In this document: positions 39,018-49,217 of the stretch, in pieces
How the letters are laid out: each line of letters opens with the position of its first letter
How positions within the stretch are numbered: the first letter of the stretch is position 1
DNA from: a virus
Taxonomy: Duplodnaviria; Caudoviricetes
Length of the DNA stretch: 62,152 nucleotides
IMG/VR virus record: IMGVR_UViG_3300014501_000005
Span: 1 to 62,152 of that record
Reading direction: 5' to 3' (one strand)
The notes under the pieces: model-generated
Told to the model about the DNA's origin: nothing
Seen by the model: the letters and a program-made list of their open reading frames with translations, nothing else
Database searches by the model: none
Position numbers and translations under genes: made by a program

Positions 39018-39421
39018 CGCCAAAAGTTCTGCCCGTTGTAGGGATGGAAACGCGCCCCGACGGTGGCAAGACCGCAGTGGCCCTGTATGGGCCAAGGAGG
39101 GGAACCTTCGCATCTTATCACTTTGTTTCGGTTGATGCGGGAATGGTTTTGCGATTAGGTCAATACTGAACGTGGAGAAAGTGCGGCTAAGTGTAAAAGC
39201 CCTCGGCCTTGGTCGAGGTTCTTACTGCGATTTCATTGAAGCGTTTAGCATATCTATGACCGGCTATTTCGATTAACTCAAACATCGGGACAGGACACAA
39301 ACTCTAGCGAACGGGCAGAAACTCCTATGAATGAATGCATGTATTGTAAGACAAAGGCAACGGAAAAGCAATTGAAAGACCATGAATTATGGTGCGCGGT
39401 CAAAATTCACACGGATAAACG

Positions 39422-39868
39422 ATGATAGAGATATATACCGATATTTGGGATCATTACAACAAGCCGAATACGACTGTGTTGTTTACATATGCGACACAGT
39501 TGAAAAAGAATGGCTTGGCGTACATGGCGCGTGGGACATCTTGTCAAGCGAAGCATCGGATCGCGGGGATTGAGAAACGGTTAGGGAGAGCAATTTCTTT
39601 AAATGGCCCTCTAATACAAGCAATTTACCCGAATCTTTGGGCGTTTCCGACAAAGCAAAGGTGGTTTGGAGAGGCGCGTTTAAATATGATTATGATAAAC
39701 ATCCTACAGCTTACTGGATTAGCTGCTAACTCACCAACGATAAGATTTTATTTTCCTCGACCCGGATGCGGGCATGGGGGGTTGGATTATAGAGCGAGCG
39801 GGATCAGGACAGCTTTAATGGTATTGCCAGATAATGTTTTTGTTTGTTGTAAAAGGGAGAAGGAATGA
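39422..39868 (+). CDS. Macro-domain (ADP-ribose binding/hydrolase)-like protein
   Basis: DIW, M.RG...Q, FPTK..W, PRPGCG.GGL. Confidence 0.75.
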   Translation: MIEIYTDIWDHYNKPNTTVLFTYATQLKKNGLAYMARGTSCQAKHRIAGIEKRLGRAISLNGPLIQAIYPNLWAFPTKQRWFGEARLNMIMINILQLTGLAANSPTIRFYFPRPGCGHGGLDYRASGIRTALMVLPDNVFVCCKREKE

Positions 39869-40296
39869 AGCCAGCTAAGTTGTTTGTTTACGGTATCTTA
39901 AAGCGCGGGTATAGCCTTGATCTTGGGCAATTCCCTGAAACTTCATTCACCGGGGAAGCGTTTCTTCAAGGCGCACAGCTTCATGCAATTGGGAGTGGGG
40001 TTGGATTGAGGTTTGTCCTAGACCCATTGGAGGTGGCTCACGGGGAGGTTTGGGCGATTCCGGATAGCATGTGGGACTATCTCGATGAGATTGAGAGCAA
40101 TGGGAGGGTTTATACGCGCAAGATTGTGGATGTGAAACAGGAGTTTGCTACTGGGCCTGATTATGGCGGTGAAACACACACAGTCAAAGTATGGGTATAT
40201 GCTCATACCATGCTTGCTACTCAAGCGGAGTATGATAAGCATTATCCGAAAATTGAAGATGGGAGGTATGTTGGCTATGAGAAAACTCAAATTTAA
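39865..40296 (+). CDS. Gamma-glutamylcyclotransferase (AIG2-like)
   Basis: LFVYG.LKRG, GEVW, LDEIE...Y.R, WVY. Confidence 0.88.
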   Translation: MKPAKLFVYGILKRGYSLDLGQFPETSFTGEAFLQGAQLHAIGSGVGLRFVLDPLEVAHGEVWAIPDSMWDYLDEIESNGRVYTRKIVDVKQEFATGPDYGGETHTVKVWVYAHTMLATQAEYDKHYPKIEDGRYVGYEKTQI

Positions 40297-40425
40297 AGCA
40301 ACGAGTTGTTGTTTACGTTGTTCTTTTATATTATATAAACAGTATCGGTATAAAGATGTACCGAAACAAACCTATTGCTATTTTTGCGGTGGGCTAAATG
40401 AAACACGATTAGTGAGGCACCTACG

Positions 40426-40680
40426 ATGATAAAACTCGATCAGCCAGTGGGTTCTGAAGGGCTTACGATTCAAGATTTGATAGTTACGCTTTTGAAGGAG
40501 CTGGCTAAGAACAACCTTCTTTGCACGGGGATTGTGTTAGATATCGACAATCCGGGCCAGTCCCGTATATTCGGGCATGGCAATGAGCAATCGATGGCCG
40601 CGATGTTGGAGATTGGCGTTAAGGGGTTGACGAAGGGAACGATTGGGGATATGCAAAGGTTTACACAGGGCGGCAATTAA
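40426..40680 (+). CDS. Hypothetical protein
   Basis: 84 aa with SD. Confidence 0.5.
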   Translation: MIKLDQPVGSEGLTIQDLIVTLLKELAKNNLLCTGIVLDIDNPGQSRIFGHGNEQSMAAMLEIGVKGLTKGTIGDMQRFTQGGN

Positions 40681-41003
40681 TCCACCTGAAAAGGGTCACT
40701 TAGACATTGGCGTACTGTAACTGACACGCCAATTTCGATAGCACCTCCCAAGGGTGCGGTCGATTAGCTCGCAAGGGGAAGCCTGCATTAGTGCAGCCAG
40801 TACCTGCTTACCGGACAATCGACAACCGGAGTCGATGAGCGAAAATAAACGTCCGAAGCACAATTGGGGGCGGAGGGTAGTTGAGACTTTTTAGCCCCCT
40901 TTAAATTTCTTTGGAGGATGATATGTTCTGGAGAGTATATCTAGCGCTTTTAGGTATGGCGCTGTTTGGGTTTGGGGCTGGATTCCTTATTGGGAGAATG
41001 TAA

Positions 41004-41507
41004 ATGGCACTGCCGTTTTATCTGATAGCTAAAGTTACGCTCAAGGGTGGGAGAAGGCTTGCGCTTATAAAGAAATGGGCACCTGAGCCAATGCAAGAGC
41101 GTAATTATCTGCCGAGTGCGTATCAGCAACCCAAGAAGCAAAAAGCCGATGATATTTATGACAAGGAGCTTGGGTTTATTAATTGGGAGTTTCGGTATTG
41201 GGCGATTGAACGGCATGGGAATATGCCTGCGGTTGCGGTTTGTCGGTGCTGCGGGGATTTGGAGCAATCGAAAGAGAAACGCAGGCAACATCATGATAAG
41301 CATAGTTGTACATCGAGTTTGCATTTTGCGTATAAAGAGCTTATTAAGGACAAGAAGTGTGTACTTTGCGATGCTTATACAATCAATACAGAATGGGGAG
41401 TGCCGGTTTGTAATCATATGGGGTGTATAACAAGGTGGAAGTTTGAACCTGATCCAGCGCCATTGATTGAGGCTTTGAGATTGACACAGATGCAGACGGG
41501 AGCATAA
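41004..41507 (+). CDS. Hypothetical Cys-rich protein
   Basis: CRCC, CVLC, C...C motifs. Confidence 0.55.
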   Translation: MALPFYLIAKVTLKGGRRLALIKKWAPEPMQERNYLPSAYQQPKKQKADDIYDKELGFINWEFRYWAIERHGNMPAVAVCRCCGDLEQSKEKRRQHHDKHSCTSSLHFAYKELIKDKKCVLCDAYTINTEWGVPVCNHMGCITRWKFEPDPAPLIEALRLTQMQTGA

Positions 41508-43061
41508 ATGGAATACCGGGATGAAAAACGGCGGCTTTATCGTAATCTAGTAGCTGAGGGTGCGAATAAAGCTGGGGTTAAGGAAGTAGCTAAGAGGAAT
41601 GCGGTTGCAGCTCCGGATGATCTTATAGACAAGTGGGAGAATCGGTTTTTCGCAAGCCCGATAGCTACGTATCCGACGGAGCCAAGGTTGGTTAATAGGT
41701 TTTGTATCGGCGCTGATCCGGAGTTTATTTTTACACAGACGTTATTGGCGAATGTCGGTAAGGTCGCCAAAGAGCGATATATCCATGCGGAACAGCTAGG
41801 CTTGAACACTATCGACGCATTTGGCTGTGATATGAGCGGACGGCAAGCTGAGTTGAGAGCATATCCATCGAGGTTTGTGCTTGAGGTGGTTGCGAGCTTG
41901 GTTGATACAGTTCGTTGGATGAATGAGTTTCATAAGCTGGATGGGTACAATTGGCTGGCTCCAGCGCGATGGAATGATGGGGTTAATAATGATGGGGTTG
42001 GTGGGCATGTACATATTGGCAGGAAGCGGCCTGATTTGGATACAGCGATCCAATCCCTTGATGCGTGTACGCAGTTGTTGTTAGCTGCGGGGGTTTTGGA
42101 CGCGAAAGGCCAAGCGGATCGGCGTGCAAACACGCATTATGGACGGTTTGGAGATTGGCGGCCACAGACTCATGGCTATGAGTATCGAACCATGCCAAGC
42201 TGGATGACTAGCCCATGGGCGGCTTATTTTACGTTGGTTGTGAGTAAGCTGGCTGTGCTTGAGGATGTTCGAGAGTTTATGAACACGAAGAGGCCGGTTG
42301 AGACGCTGGTTAATCTCTTGCGAGCTTATAAAGGCCGGGATGACGATGCAAGGATTGCGCTTTTGGCGCTGGATAAACAAGGGTTTCCGAAGTATGAAGC
42401 TGATGATTTTAAAGCGCGGTGGGGGGTTGCAGGGGTTACAGGAATAACAAAGAACGGCACATATTATGCGCCTCCGGTTATATCGCCAAGTGGGGACACA
42501 TGTAGAGGGTTATTTGATGCGTTGGTCCGTGGTACACAAATACCACGGGGTTTACCGAAAGCAACGTGGGAGCCATTCAAACTGCCAGATGGGGTTTTTA
42601 AACCAACCGCCCAATCTCATGTTTATGGAATATCGGATGTTGCGCAAGGGTTGTTGTGTCGGGGGTATCAATCGAATTTCTTTCAGCAAGCGCGAGGGTA
42701 TTTTAACATAATGGCACCAAAGCTCATTGATATTGAGCCGATTAGGATGGAGTTCAGAAAGCATCCCGAGATCGCGCATTGGAAAGTTCAATATGCGCAA
42801 AGCGATCCGGGAAAGTTAAACATCGGCATTCCAAAAGACATTTATAACGAGAACAATCATGCGACTAACAAAGACATGCGAACGGCGATTCGAACTGTGT
42901 TAACCGAGAGCGGATTGTTTCCGTTTGTGAAATATCAGGATTTTGCAAAGCCAATTGTCGAGAAAGCGGCACCAAAAAAAAATCCGCCAAAAGTCATCGG
43001 GCGGGTGGTAACGGTTGTACACGGAAGAAACGGAAACGGGATTGAGGTTGAAGAGGAGTAA
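41508..43061 (+). CDS. Second phiEco32-like COOH-NH2 ligase with C-terminal extension
   Basis: IGADPEF, AELR..P, GGHVHIG, YG.FGD.R.Q.HG.EYRT.PSW..SP. Confidence 0.85.
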   Translation: MEYRDEKRRLYRNLVAEGANKAGVKEVAKRNAVAAPDDLIDKWENRFFASPIATYPTEPRLVNRFCIGADPEFIFTQTLLANVGKVAKERYIHAEQLGLNTIDAFGCDMSGRQAELRAYPSRFVLEVVASLVDTVRWMNEFHKLDGYNWLAPARWNDGVNNDGVGGHVHIGRKRPDLDTAIQSLDACTQLLLAAGVLDAKGQADRRANTHYGRFGDWRPQTHGYEYRTMPSWMTSPWAAYFTLVVSKLAVLEDVREFMNTKRPVETLVNLLRAYKGRDDDARIALLALDKQGFPKYEADDFKARWGVAGVTGITKNGTYYAPPVISPSGDTCRGLFDALVRGTQIPRGLPKATWEPFKLPDGVFKPTAQSHVYGISDVAQGLLCRGYQSNFFQQARGYFNIMAPKLIDIEPIRMEFRKHPEIAHWKVQYAQSDPGKLNIGIPKDIYNENNHATNKDMRTAIRTVLTESGLFPFVKYQDFAKPIVEKAAPKKNPPKVIGRVVTVVHGRNGNGIEVEEE

Positions 43062-43080
43062 CCCAAAGGAGGGTAGCTAT

Positions 43081-44118
43081 ATCTGCGGTCAAGCGGGAAT
43101 TGTAAGGATGGGCAAGAAGAAGATACCAGAGGATGCGATTACATTGTTGCTAACCGGCAACGAACACCGGGGTAATGATGCAAGCGGAATTGCGTTTGCA
43201 CAAGCAAACGGGGAAGTTAATGTATTCAAAGCAGATGATCCGGCGTGGAGATTCGTCACGTCCAAGTCATATGCGGAGTTTATCGAGAAGAATCTCCGCG
43301 ATGACACATGGGCGGTTATTCTCCATGCGCGAGGTGCATCACAGGGTAGTCCGAGGAAGAATGAAAATAACCATCCAATGTATATGGGGAAGTCCGCTAT
43401 TGTCCATAATGGACAGATTCATAACGATCACACACTGTTTACCAGCCGGAAGTATCCTAAATCTGCTGAGACTGATTCAGATATCATTCGAGCGTTTGTG
43501 GATGAGTTTGGAATCACTGAGAAGTGCATTGAGGAGTTGAATGTGCTTAGTGGATCAGCGGCGGGAGCGGCGATTCATCCGGAGTTTCCGAGGAAGTTGT
43601 TATTGTTTAGAAGCGGAAGCCCGATGATTCTTGGCTCTAATGAAGATTTCTTCGCATGGTCAAGTGAGAAGAACACACTTCATAAGGCTATGAGGCCATG
43701 GGTTGTTCGGTTTAAGATGTATTTTCAGCAACAGAAGCCCGATATGGGATTTGCTCCGATGGCTGACGATACCGCTTGGATCATTGGGGAAGAAGGGCTG
43801 GAGTTTCACGGGAAGTTCAAAGCGTTGTGTGGGAGTTACGTTGAGCCGTTTCGGAAAACTTATGAGAATTACGGGGAGAGACAGAAGCGATGGGATGAGG
43901 ATGCAAAGCGGAATTTGAATATCGTTCGTTCCACCGAAAATGGGTCCCATAACCATAATCGAAAGAAACGGGATCAATTTGACGATGCGTATTGCCCGGA
44001 TTGCAAGATGGAATGGATTATTCCAAAGGGCGGAATTCCGAAGGACTTTACTTGCAATAAGGAAAGGGGCGGTTGCGGAAAGACGTTGATTGCGAAACCG
44101 TTTGTGACGATCAATTGA
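43081..44118 (+). CDS. Class II (Ntn) glutamine amidotransferase with C-terminal Zn ribbon; likely ATC start
   Basis: CG.AG, RG.DASGIA, H.R.ASQG, NNHP, HNG.I.N, ETDS; GGAGG SD directly before ATC-TGC-GGT. Confidence 0.85.
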   Translation: MCGQAGIVRMGKKKIPEDAITLLLTGNEHRGNDASGIAFAQANGEVNVFKADDPAWRFVTSKSYAEFIEKNLRDDTWAVILHARGASQGSPRKNENNHPMYMGKSAIVHNGQIHNDHTLFTSRKYPKSAETDSDIIRAFVDEFGITEKCIEELNVLSGSAAGAAIHPEFPRKLLLFRSGSPMILGSNEDFFAWSSEKNTLHKAMRPWVVRFKMYFQQQKPDMGFAPMADDTAWIIGEEGLEFHGKFKALCGSYVEPFRKTYENYGERQKRWDEDAKRNLNIVRSTENGSHNHNRKKRDQFDDAYCPDCKMEWIIPKGGIPKDFTCNKERGGCGKTLIAKPFVTIN

Positions 44119-44125
44119 GGGAGAT

Positions 44126-44350
44126 ATGAAAAAGACGGGAATATTTCATGATAAGGCTTCATCAACATTTAAGTTTTGCCCAATGTGTGGCGCATCTCTT
44201 ATAGAAGATAGTTATGGCGGATTGATTTGTGGAGTACCTAATACTTGTTGCGATGTAACCTGGGTTGAGGAAGAAAGCGGAAAGCCCGGCGAAGGTTACT
44301 GGGGATCGTGGACTTGGACCATCAAGGGTGAAGTGTGGGGATGCGCATGA
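44126..44350 (+). CDS. Small Zn-ribbon protein
   Basis: FCPMCG; SD GAGGAG. Confidence 0.55.
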   Translation: MKKTGIFHDKASSTFKFCPMCGASLIEDSYGGLICGVPNTCCDVTWVEEESGKPGEGYWGSWTWTIKGEVWGCA

Positions 44351-45120
44351 ACATTGCATTGTTGGTTGCGAAAGTCAGTGCTCCAACCGGGCAGACGTTG
44401 GCGAATCTGTTGGCTGAGAAAGGCGTTAACGTTGTTAGTCTGGAGAAAGCGCAAGCGGTGGTTTGCTATGGGGTTGGGTATACTGGAGAGTTGGCCGCCC
44501 TAAACGCGAAGGCCGGAACACTCGATAACCTACAGCAAATAAAGAAGTTAGCGGAATGTGGGGTTAGAGTTCCACCGATTGTAGATGATATTGAGAAAGC
44601 CGATTGGGAACATTTACAGTTCCCGATGCTGGCAAGGGAGGCGAAACATCATGGCGGGAAAGACATACGCCCAGTTCTCCAACAGGAAGAAGCTCCGTGG
44701 CGTAAAGCCGCAGGGGCCGCGTTCTTCACGCAATATATTCCTGTGGCCGAAGAGTTTAGAGCTTGGGTTTACCGAAGACGAGTCCAAGCGGTCTACAAAA
44801 AAGAAATGAAGTATCCGGAGAAGTTCAAACGCATAGGCAGGAATTGGCAGAATGGGTTTGCGTTTTCGTTTGTTGAGAAAGATCAGCGGCATATTGCAAT
44901 GGCAGGGATTGCCGCTAAGTCAGTGTTTTCAGTTGGATTGGACTTTGGCGCAGTCGATATTATATTAGGAAAAGAGGGAAGTTTTTATGTATTGGAAGTA
45001 AACAGTGCGCCAGGGGTAAGTGAGGGCATTCGACAGGGCATAACCTCTCTAGCATCATCGATTGTTCGTTGGACTGTAAATGGATGCAAAAAGCAATCCG
45101 AAAAGTGGAGGGAGATTTGA
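44347..45120 (+). CDS. ATP-grasp ligase (RimK/YheCD-like)
   Basis: FTQYIP..EEFR.WV, RN...GF.F, GLDFGAVDI, YVLEVNSAPG. Confidence 0.88.
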   Translation: MNIALLVAKVSAPTGQTLANLLAEKGVNVVSLEKAQAVVCYGVGYTGELAALNAKAGTLDNLQQIKKLAECGVRVPPIVDDIEKADWEHLQFPMLAREAKHHGGKDIRPVLQQEEAPWRKAAGAAFFTQYIPVAEEFRAWVYRRRVQAVYKKEMKYPEKFKRIGRNWQNGFAFSFVEKDQRHIAMAGIAAKSVFSVGLDFGAVDIILGKEGSFYVLEVNSAPGVSEGIRQGITSLASSIVRWTVNGCKKQSEKWREI

Positions 45121-45530
45121 GCACAAAGCTTAGGGTTCTTGTCCAAACTAAAGGTCAGAGGCCACTTTCAGGCGCTAGGGCGGTTCGATTTCTCTATAGC
45201 GCGGTCAGAACGCGATTACGAAACATCGAGATGCCGATTGGATGGAAAGAGTTTAACACGCAACAGACGCTTGAGTTTCTTGGGCAATATCTGCCAGAGA
45301 ACACAAAGCTTATTCTTATTCGAGAGCGCAAACACACGCGCCGAACAAGATCACTTTATGCAAAGATGTTGAAAATGGGGAAGCCGAAAGTGGATGAAGA
45401 GTATATGGTAGAGATCGCGGACATTCCAGTTGCGCGGCCAATGAACCCTAATGTGCAATACCCGTGGATTGGCGGCGATGCAATATTTAATGCTGGTAAT
45501 CCACCGGATAATCCGGCAAGGGGGATATAA
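45118..45530 (+). CDS. Hypothetical protein
   Basis: Likely TTG start after SD; basic. Confidence 0.5.
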
Positions 45531-46298
45531 ATGTACGACAATTACTACTACGTCACTCAAGCCCCGGATATCACAGAGATAACCTGTTGTGGGCTTGAAA
45601 GCGTATTGACGCAAGAAAAGTTGATGGATATTGTTCATACTGAGTTTGCATGGGTAACGATATCGCCAAGGACGCATAAGCGGGGATTGGATGCGCTTGA
45701 AAGATTGGGGTTTAAGCGATTGACTTCCATGAGAAATTGGTATACCGGACATAATGCTGAATGGCGAAGGTTGGATTTTTATTGGAAAAGGTTACGAGAG
45801 GTTTCTACGGATAAAGTAAACGCGATACCCCGAACTTGGCGTGGTGGTTGTAAACCCAATCTATCTGCAAGTGGTTGTGGGTTTGCATTTGATACACCCC
45901 CGATTTTAGATCAGTTTAAAAAGTTCTTTACGCTTGTTCGAGTGCCGTTGATCGAGCATCAAGAAAAGAAACATCTTGTTACACTAGAGAAGTTCAACTA
46001 TCGATTAGTTGATGTTGGCAGTCAAGCGGCGTTCTTTATCAATGGTTGGGATTCGGATAAGTGGAGTCGAGAGGTTGAGTTAGAGTTCTTTGGAGGTGTG
46101 GATGAGAAGGAGCTTACTAAAAAGGTTGTCGAGTTTGAAAATAACGTCGATCGTGGAGGTAACGTGGCTGGACAGCGCGTTGACGGAGGGATGGCGGTAC
46201 AACCACAAGTCGCCGGGGGAATTGCCAATAATAACAACCATTGGGTACGTCCTCGGGATGAACACGGACGTTTTAGAGCTGGCCTCGACAATCAATAG
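45531..46298 (+). CDS. Hypothetical protein with internal duplication and C-terminal RD..GRF motif
   Basis: Two (C/G)CG...LE.(L/F)..... units; tail PRDEHGRF. Confidence 0.6.
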   Translation: MYDNYYYVTQAPDITEITCCGLESVLTQEKLMDIVHTEFAWVTISPRTHKRGLDALERLGFKRLTSMRNWYTGHNAEWRRLDFYWKRLREVSTDKVNAIPRTWRGGCKPNLSASGCGFAFDTPPILDQFKKFFTLVRVPLIEHQEKKHLVTLEKFNYRLVDVGSQAAFFINGWDSDKWSREVELEFFGGVDEKELTKKVVEFENNVDRGGNVAGQRVDGGMAVQPQVAGGIANNNNHWVRPRDEHGRFRAGLDNQ

Positions 46299-46384
46299 CG
46301 AGGGGGCGGTTTTGGGCGTTATTGGGATTCCGATTGGATGTATTGTGGATGTTAAGAGACTATAGACCCTTTGGAGGTGGGCGA

Positions 46385-47326
46385 ATGCAGATAGATAATT
46401 CAGCCGCTAACATGTTTAGAATGTGTCCTTGGGCGTATTATGAGGCGTATCTGAGGAATGGGAATGGGGTTCAACCCATCCCAATCAAGGGCGAAAGCTA
46501 TGGGCCGTTGGAGCTTGGGGGAAGGGTGCATGAGCTTCAAGAGTTTCACTATAAGGGGCTTGGGATTCTACAAGGAAAGCCGTGGGAGCTTCCGAAGTAT
46601 AACCTCCCGGAGAATGAGAAGCTAGAAGATGAAGCGCGCTGGATGATGGATGCTTATATAGCTGCTCATCCAAACGACAACTGGGAAATCATCGATGTTG
46701 AGAGGACGTTTAGGGTTCAGCTTCCCTCTAACTGTCCTAAGTGCGGCGGTGAAGGTCATGAGAAGATGTCTTCGTACAGAAAGTTAGTCTGCGATAACTG
46801 TGGGGAAATGTTCGTTACACATATTTATTGCGGCAAAATTGACCTGTTTATTCGAGACAGAGCGGATGGTAAGTATTGGATCATAGATCATAAAACAGAG
46901 AAGCGAGGCTCTAAGTCCCATATTCCACAGAAGTTAGCTGTTTCCGATCAGGGAAGTTTGTATCTGTGGGCCGCTAAGAAGGTCTATCCCCAAGTGGATG
47001 GAATGAAGTACAACATACTTACCCGGCCATCTACAGCGGGCAGGGAGGGGCCAAGCTTTCCAGAGAGGTATCAAATTGAAAGGGGGGAGCATGAGATTGA
47101 TGTCGCGGTTCGAGATATTACGATCATTGCGGATCATATCACTGATTATACAGCGCGTTTTCATGATGGAGAATGGCCCGCAAATAGAGAAGAATGTTAT
47201 GGATGGGGCTATTGCGATTACTATCTCCTTCACCGTTATGGCGAGGACCCAACAGAAATCTTGAAGCACAAGTTCCAAGCGCGGGAAGAATATCTAGCCT
47301 TAGATGGCGTGGAGGTCATAAAATGA
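46385..47326 (+). CDS. PD-(D/E)XK exonuclease (RecB/Cas4-like) with inserted Zn ribbon
   Basis: CP..YY, G..VH, GKIDL, IIDHKT, Q...Y, C.....CDY; CPKC..CDNC insertion. Confidence 0.85.
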   Translation: MQIDNSAANMFRMCPWAYYEAYLRNGNGVQPIPIKGESYGPLELGGRVHELQEFHYKGLGILQGKPWELPKYNLPENEKLEDEARWMMDAYIAAHPNDNWEIIDVERTFRVQLPSNCPKCGGEGHEKMSSYRKLVCDNCGEMFVTHIYCGKIDLFIRDRADGKYWIIDHKTEKRGSKSHIPQKLAVSDQGSLYLWAAKKVYPQVDGMKYNILTRPSTAGREGPSFPERYQIERGEHEIDVAVRDITIIADHITDYTARFHDGEWPANREECYGWGYCDYYLLHRYGEDPTEILKHKFQAREEYLALDGVEVIK

Positions 47327-47512
47327 GCATGGAAGACGCGTTTGAATATCTAAGGCTGGTCATTAACGATATGTATAAAGATGAGCCTGACATTGAGTCA
47401 AGAATGGCGGCTCCATGTTGCCAAGGTTTAGGACGACATGATATAACTTGCGGTAGTTATCCCGCGCTAAAAGTGGGCGCAAAATTGCCTGATAAGAAGG
47501 ATGCAGCGGAAA

Positions 47513-47925
47513 ATGGCGCAAAAGACTGAAAAGAAATGGTTTAGCGTTGTGCCCGCTGGCTGCAATGTTATCGACACAAAGGAGGCTATATCTTATACGA
47601 ACTCTTACGACCCACACAAACCAATGACAAGGAGGAAATTTCTGCGGATTATCATCTTGTTTGGGAAGAGACTGTGCGGAAGGTTGCAGGGGGATTAACA
47701 GTCCTACCGGATGCAAAGGGAAGTTGGACTGATCCGGACGGCCAACGGACATATGAGAATATGACGCCAGTTCTGATCCGTTGTAATGAGGATCAGTTTG
47801 AGATTATTTTGGACTTCACTCTCAAATACTATCAGCAACGGGAAGTGTTTGCTTTTAGGCTGGCCCATGAGAAGAATGTTATCACTTGGAAAGCGCCGGA
47901 TAATGTGGTGGAGTTTAAAAAATGA
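47513..47925 (+). CDS. Hypothetical protein(s); reading frame unclear near 47680
   Basis: Overlapping short ORFs; GGLT.....G.W..P.G..Y.E.M.PV.I.C motif in the 3' part. Confidence 0.35.
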
Positions 47926-48479
47926 CGGTCTTACTCTATTCAGATAGCCACTTAAACCACGCTCAAATTGCGACATATTGCGATAGACCAAAAGGGTTTA
48001 CGGACACCATCATCAAACGTTGGAATGAACGAGTTACAGATATGGATACCGTTATACATCTCGGCGATGTGGCTATTGGGCCAAGGCCATTAGTCGAGGC
48101 CCAAATCCGGCATCTACGCGGCAAGAAAATTCTTGTTCGCGGGAACCATGACAAGTCAAGTTGTAGTTGGTGGATGGATCATGGGTTTGATTTTGCGTGT
48201 GATAGCATTCTTTATAATCGATGCTTGCTAACACATCATCCATATACTCACAAGTGCGCTGAGTGGGATTTGAACATTCACGGTCATCTACATAACATAT
48301 GGGATAAGCCCACGCCCGCTGAGAACCAAAAGGAGTTTGTTTTACATAACAAGCTTCATAATAATTGGCAGAGGTTGTTTGCCTGTGAATATACAAACTA
48401 CTATCCCATTGAGTTTCAAGAGTTTATAGAACACCCAGACAAGTACCAGTCTATGGGACCCATTAGAGGTGGGCAATGA
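47922..48479 (+). CDS. Calcineurin-like metallophosphoesterase
   Basis: SDSH..H, HLGD, GNHD, H.P, NIHGHLH. Confidence 0.88.
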   Translation: MTVLLYSDSHLNHAQIATYCDRPKGFTDTIIKRWNERVTDMDTVIHLGDVAIGPRPLVEAQIRHLRGKKILVRGNHDKSSCSWWMDHGFDFACDSILYNRCLLTHHPYTHKCAEWDLNIHGHLHNIWDKPTPAENQKEFVLHNKLHNNWQRLFACEYTNYYPIEFQEFIEHPDKYQSMGPIRGGQ

Positions 48480-49043
48480 GGCGAATATTGAGGTTCATTC
48501 TCTTAAAGGTTATTGCTTTTCTTTACTGGTTAGATAGTAAAATGCCAAATCCCGGCAATCTAGGAAGCGATATCTATAGTTGGCTCGAAAGGCATCACAT
48601 GTGTTGCTCAATACATGGATGGAAAGGAAAAGACTAATGATCGAATATCCGAAGGAGTTTTTGGAGGATTTGAATGTGGCGCTATTGCAATACCGGGCAG
48701 ACTATAATATGAGTCCTATGCCCATCCTCGACGTTATTCACAACTTTGTAAACGGGAAGTATGGGCCAGTTAACAAAAACGATATGTATGCACGTAAAGG
48801 AGAATAGCAATGCAAATAGTAGCAATACCGGCAGCGAAGTACCATGTATTGAATGACAGCGGGGAATTGGTTGGGGTAATCAAACAAAAGACACATGAGC
48901 ATATCTGCATCCCGCGTAAAGTATTGAATGCAACCGAAGCTTACTTCATTGCTAAAAATCTATGGAGACTAGATAAGACGTTTGACCTTAGATAATTCCC
49001 ACCTAACAATGGGTCCCTCCAAATCTAACCTAAGGAAATATCA

Positions 49044-49217
49044 ATGTATACTAAATGTCACCACGGCATCTATGATGCCTCAGTATGTTATTATTGCTCT
49101 CCCCCCTCACAAAAGGCAAAGGAGTTCGCAGACAAGCGCCATCAACAGGAAATCGAAGAGGTGTTTCTCTACCCATCGGAAGGGGGCGTAAATGATGATG
49201 GGGGCTATTATGAATAA
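49044..49217 (+). CDS. 57-aa C-x-H...CxxC mini protein
   Basis: SD TAAGGA; MYTKCHHGIYDASVCYYCSPP; overlaps the sigma start. Confidence 0.5.
   Translation: MYTKCHHGIYDASVCYYCSPPSQKAKEFADKRHQQEIEEVFLYPSEGGVNDDGGYYE

Noticed and set aside
39018-39250. tRNA gene
   Set aside because: No T-loop GTTCRA or cloverleaf found by eye; kept only as a candidate structured RNA.
46385-47326. Cas4 indicating a CRISPR-Cas system
   Set aside because: No array or other cas genes; the Sak4/SSB context fits a recombination exonuclease.
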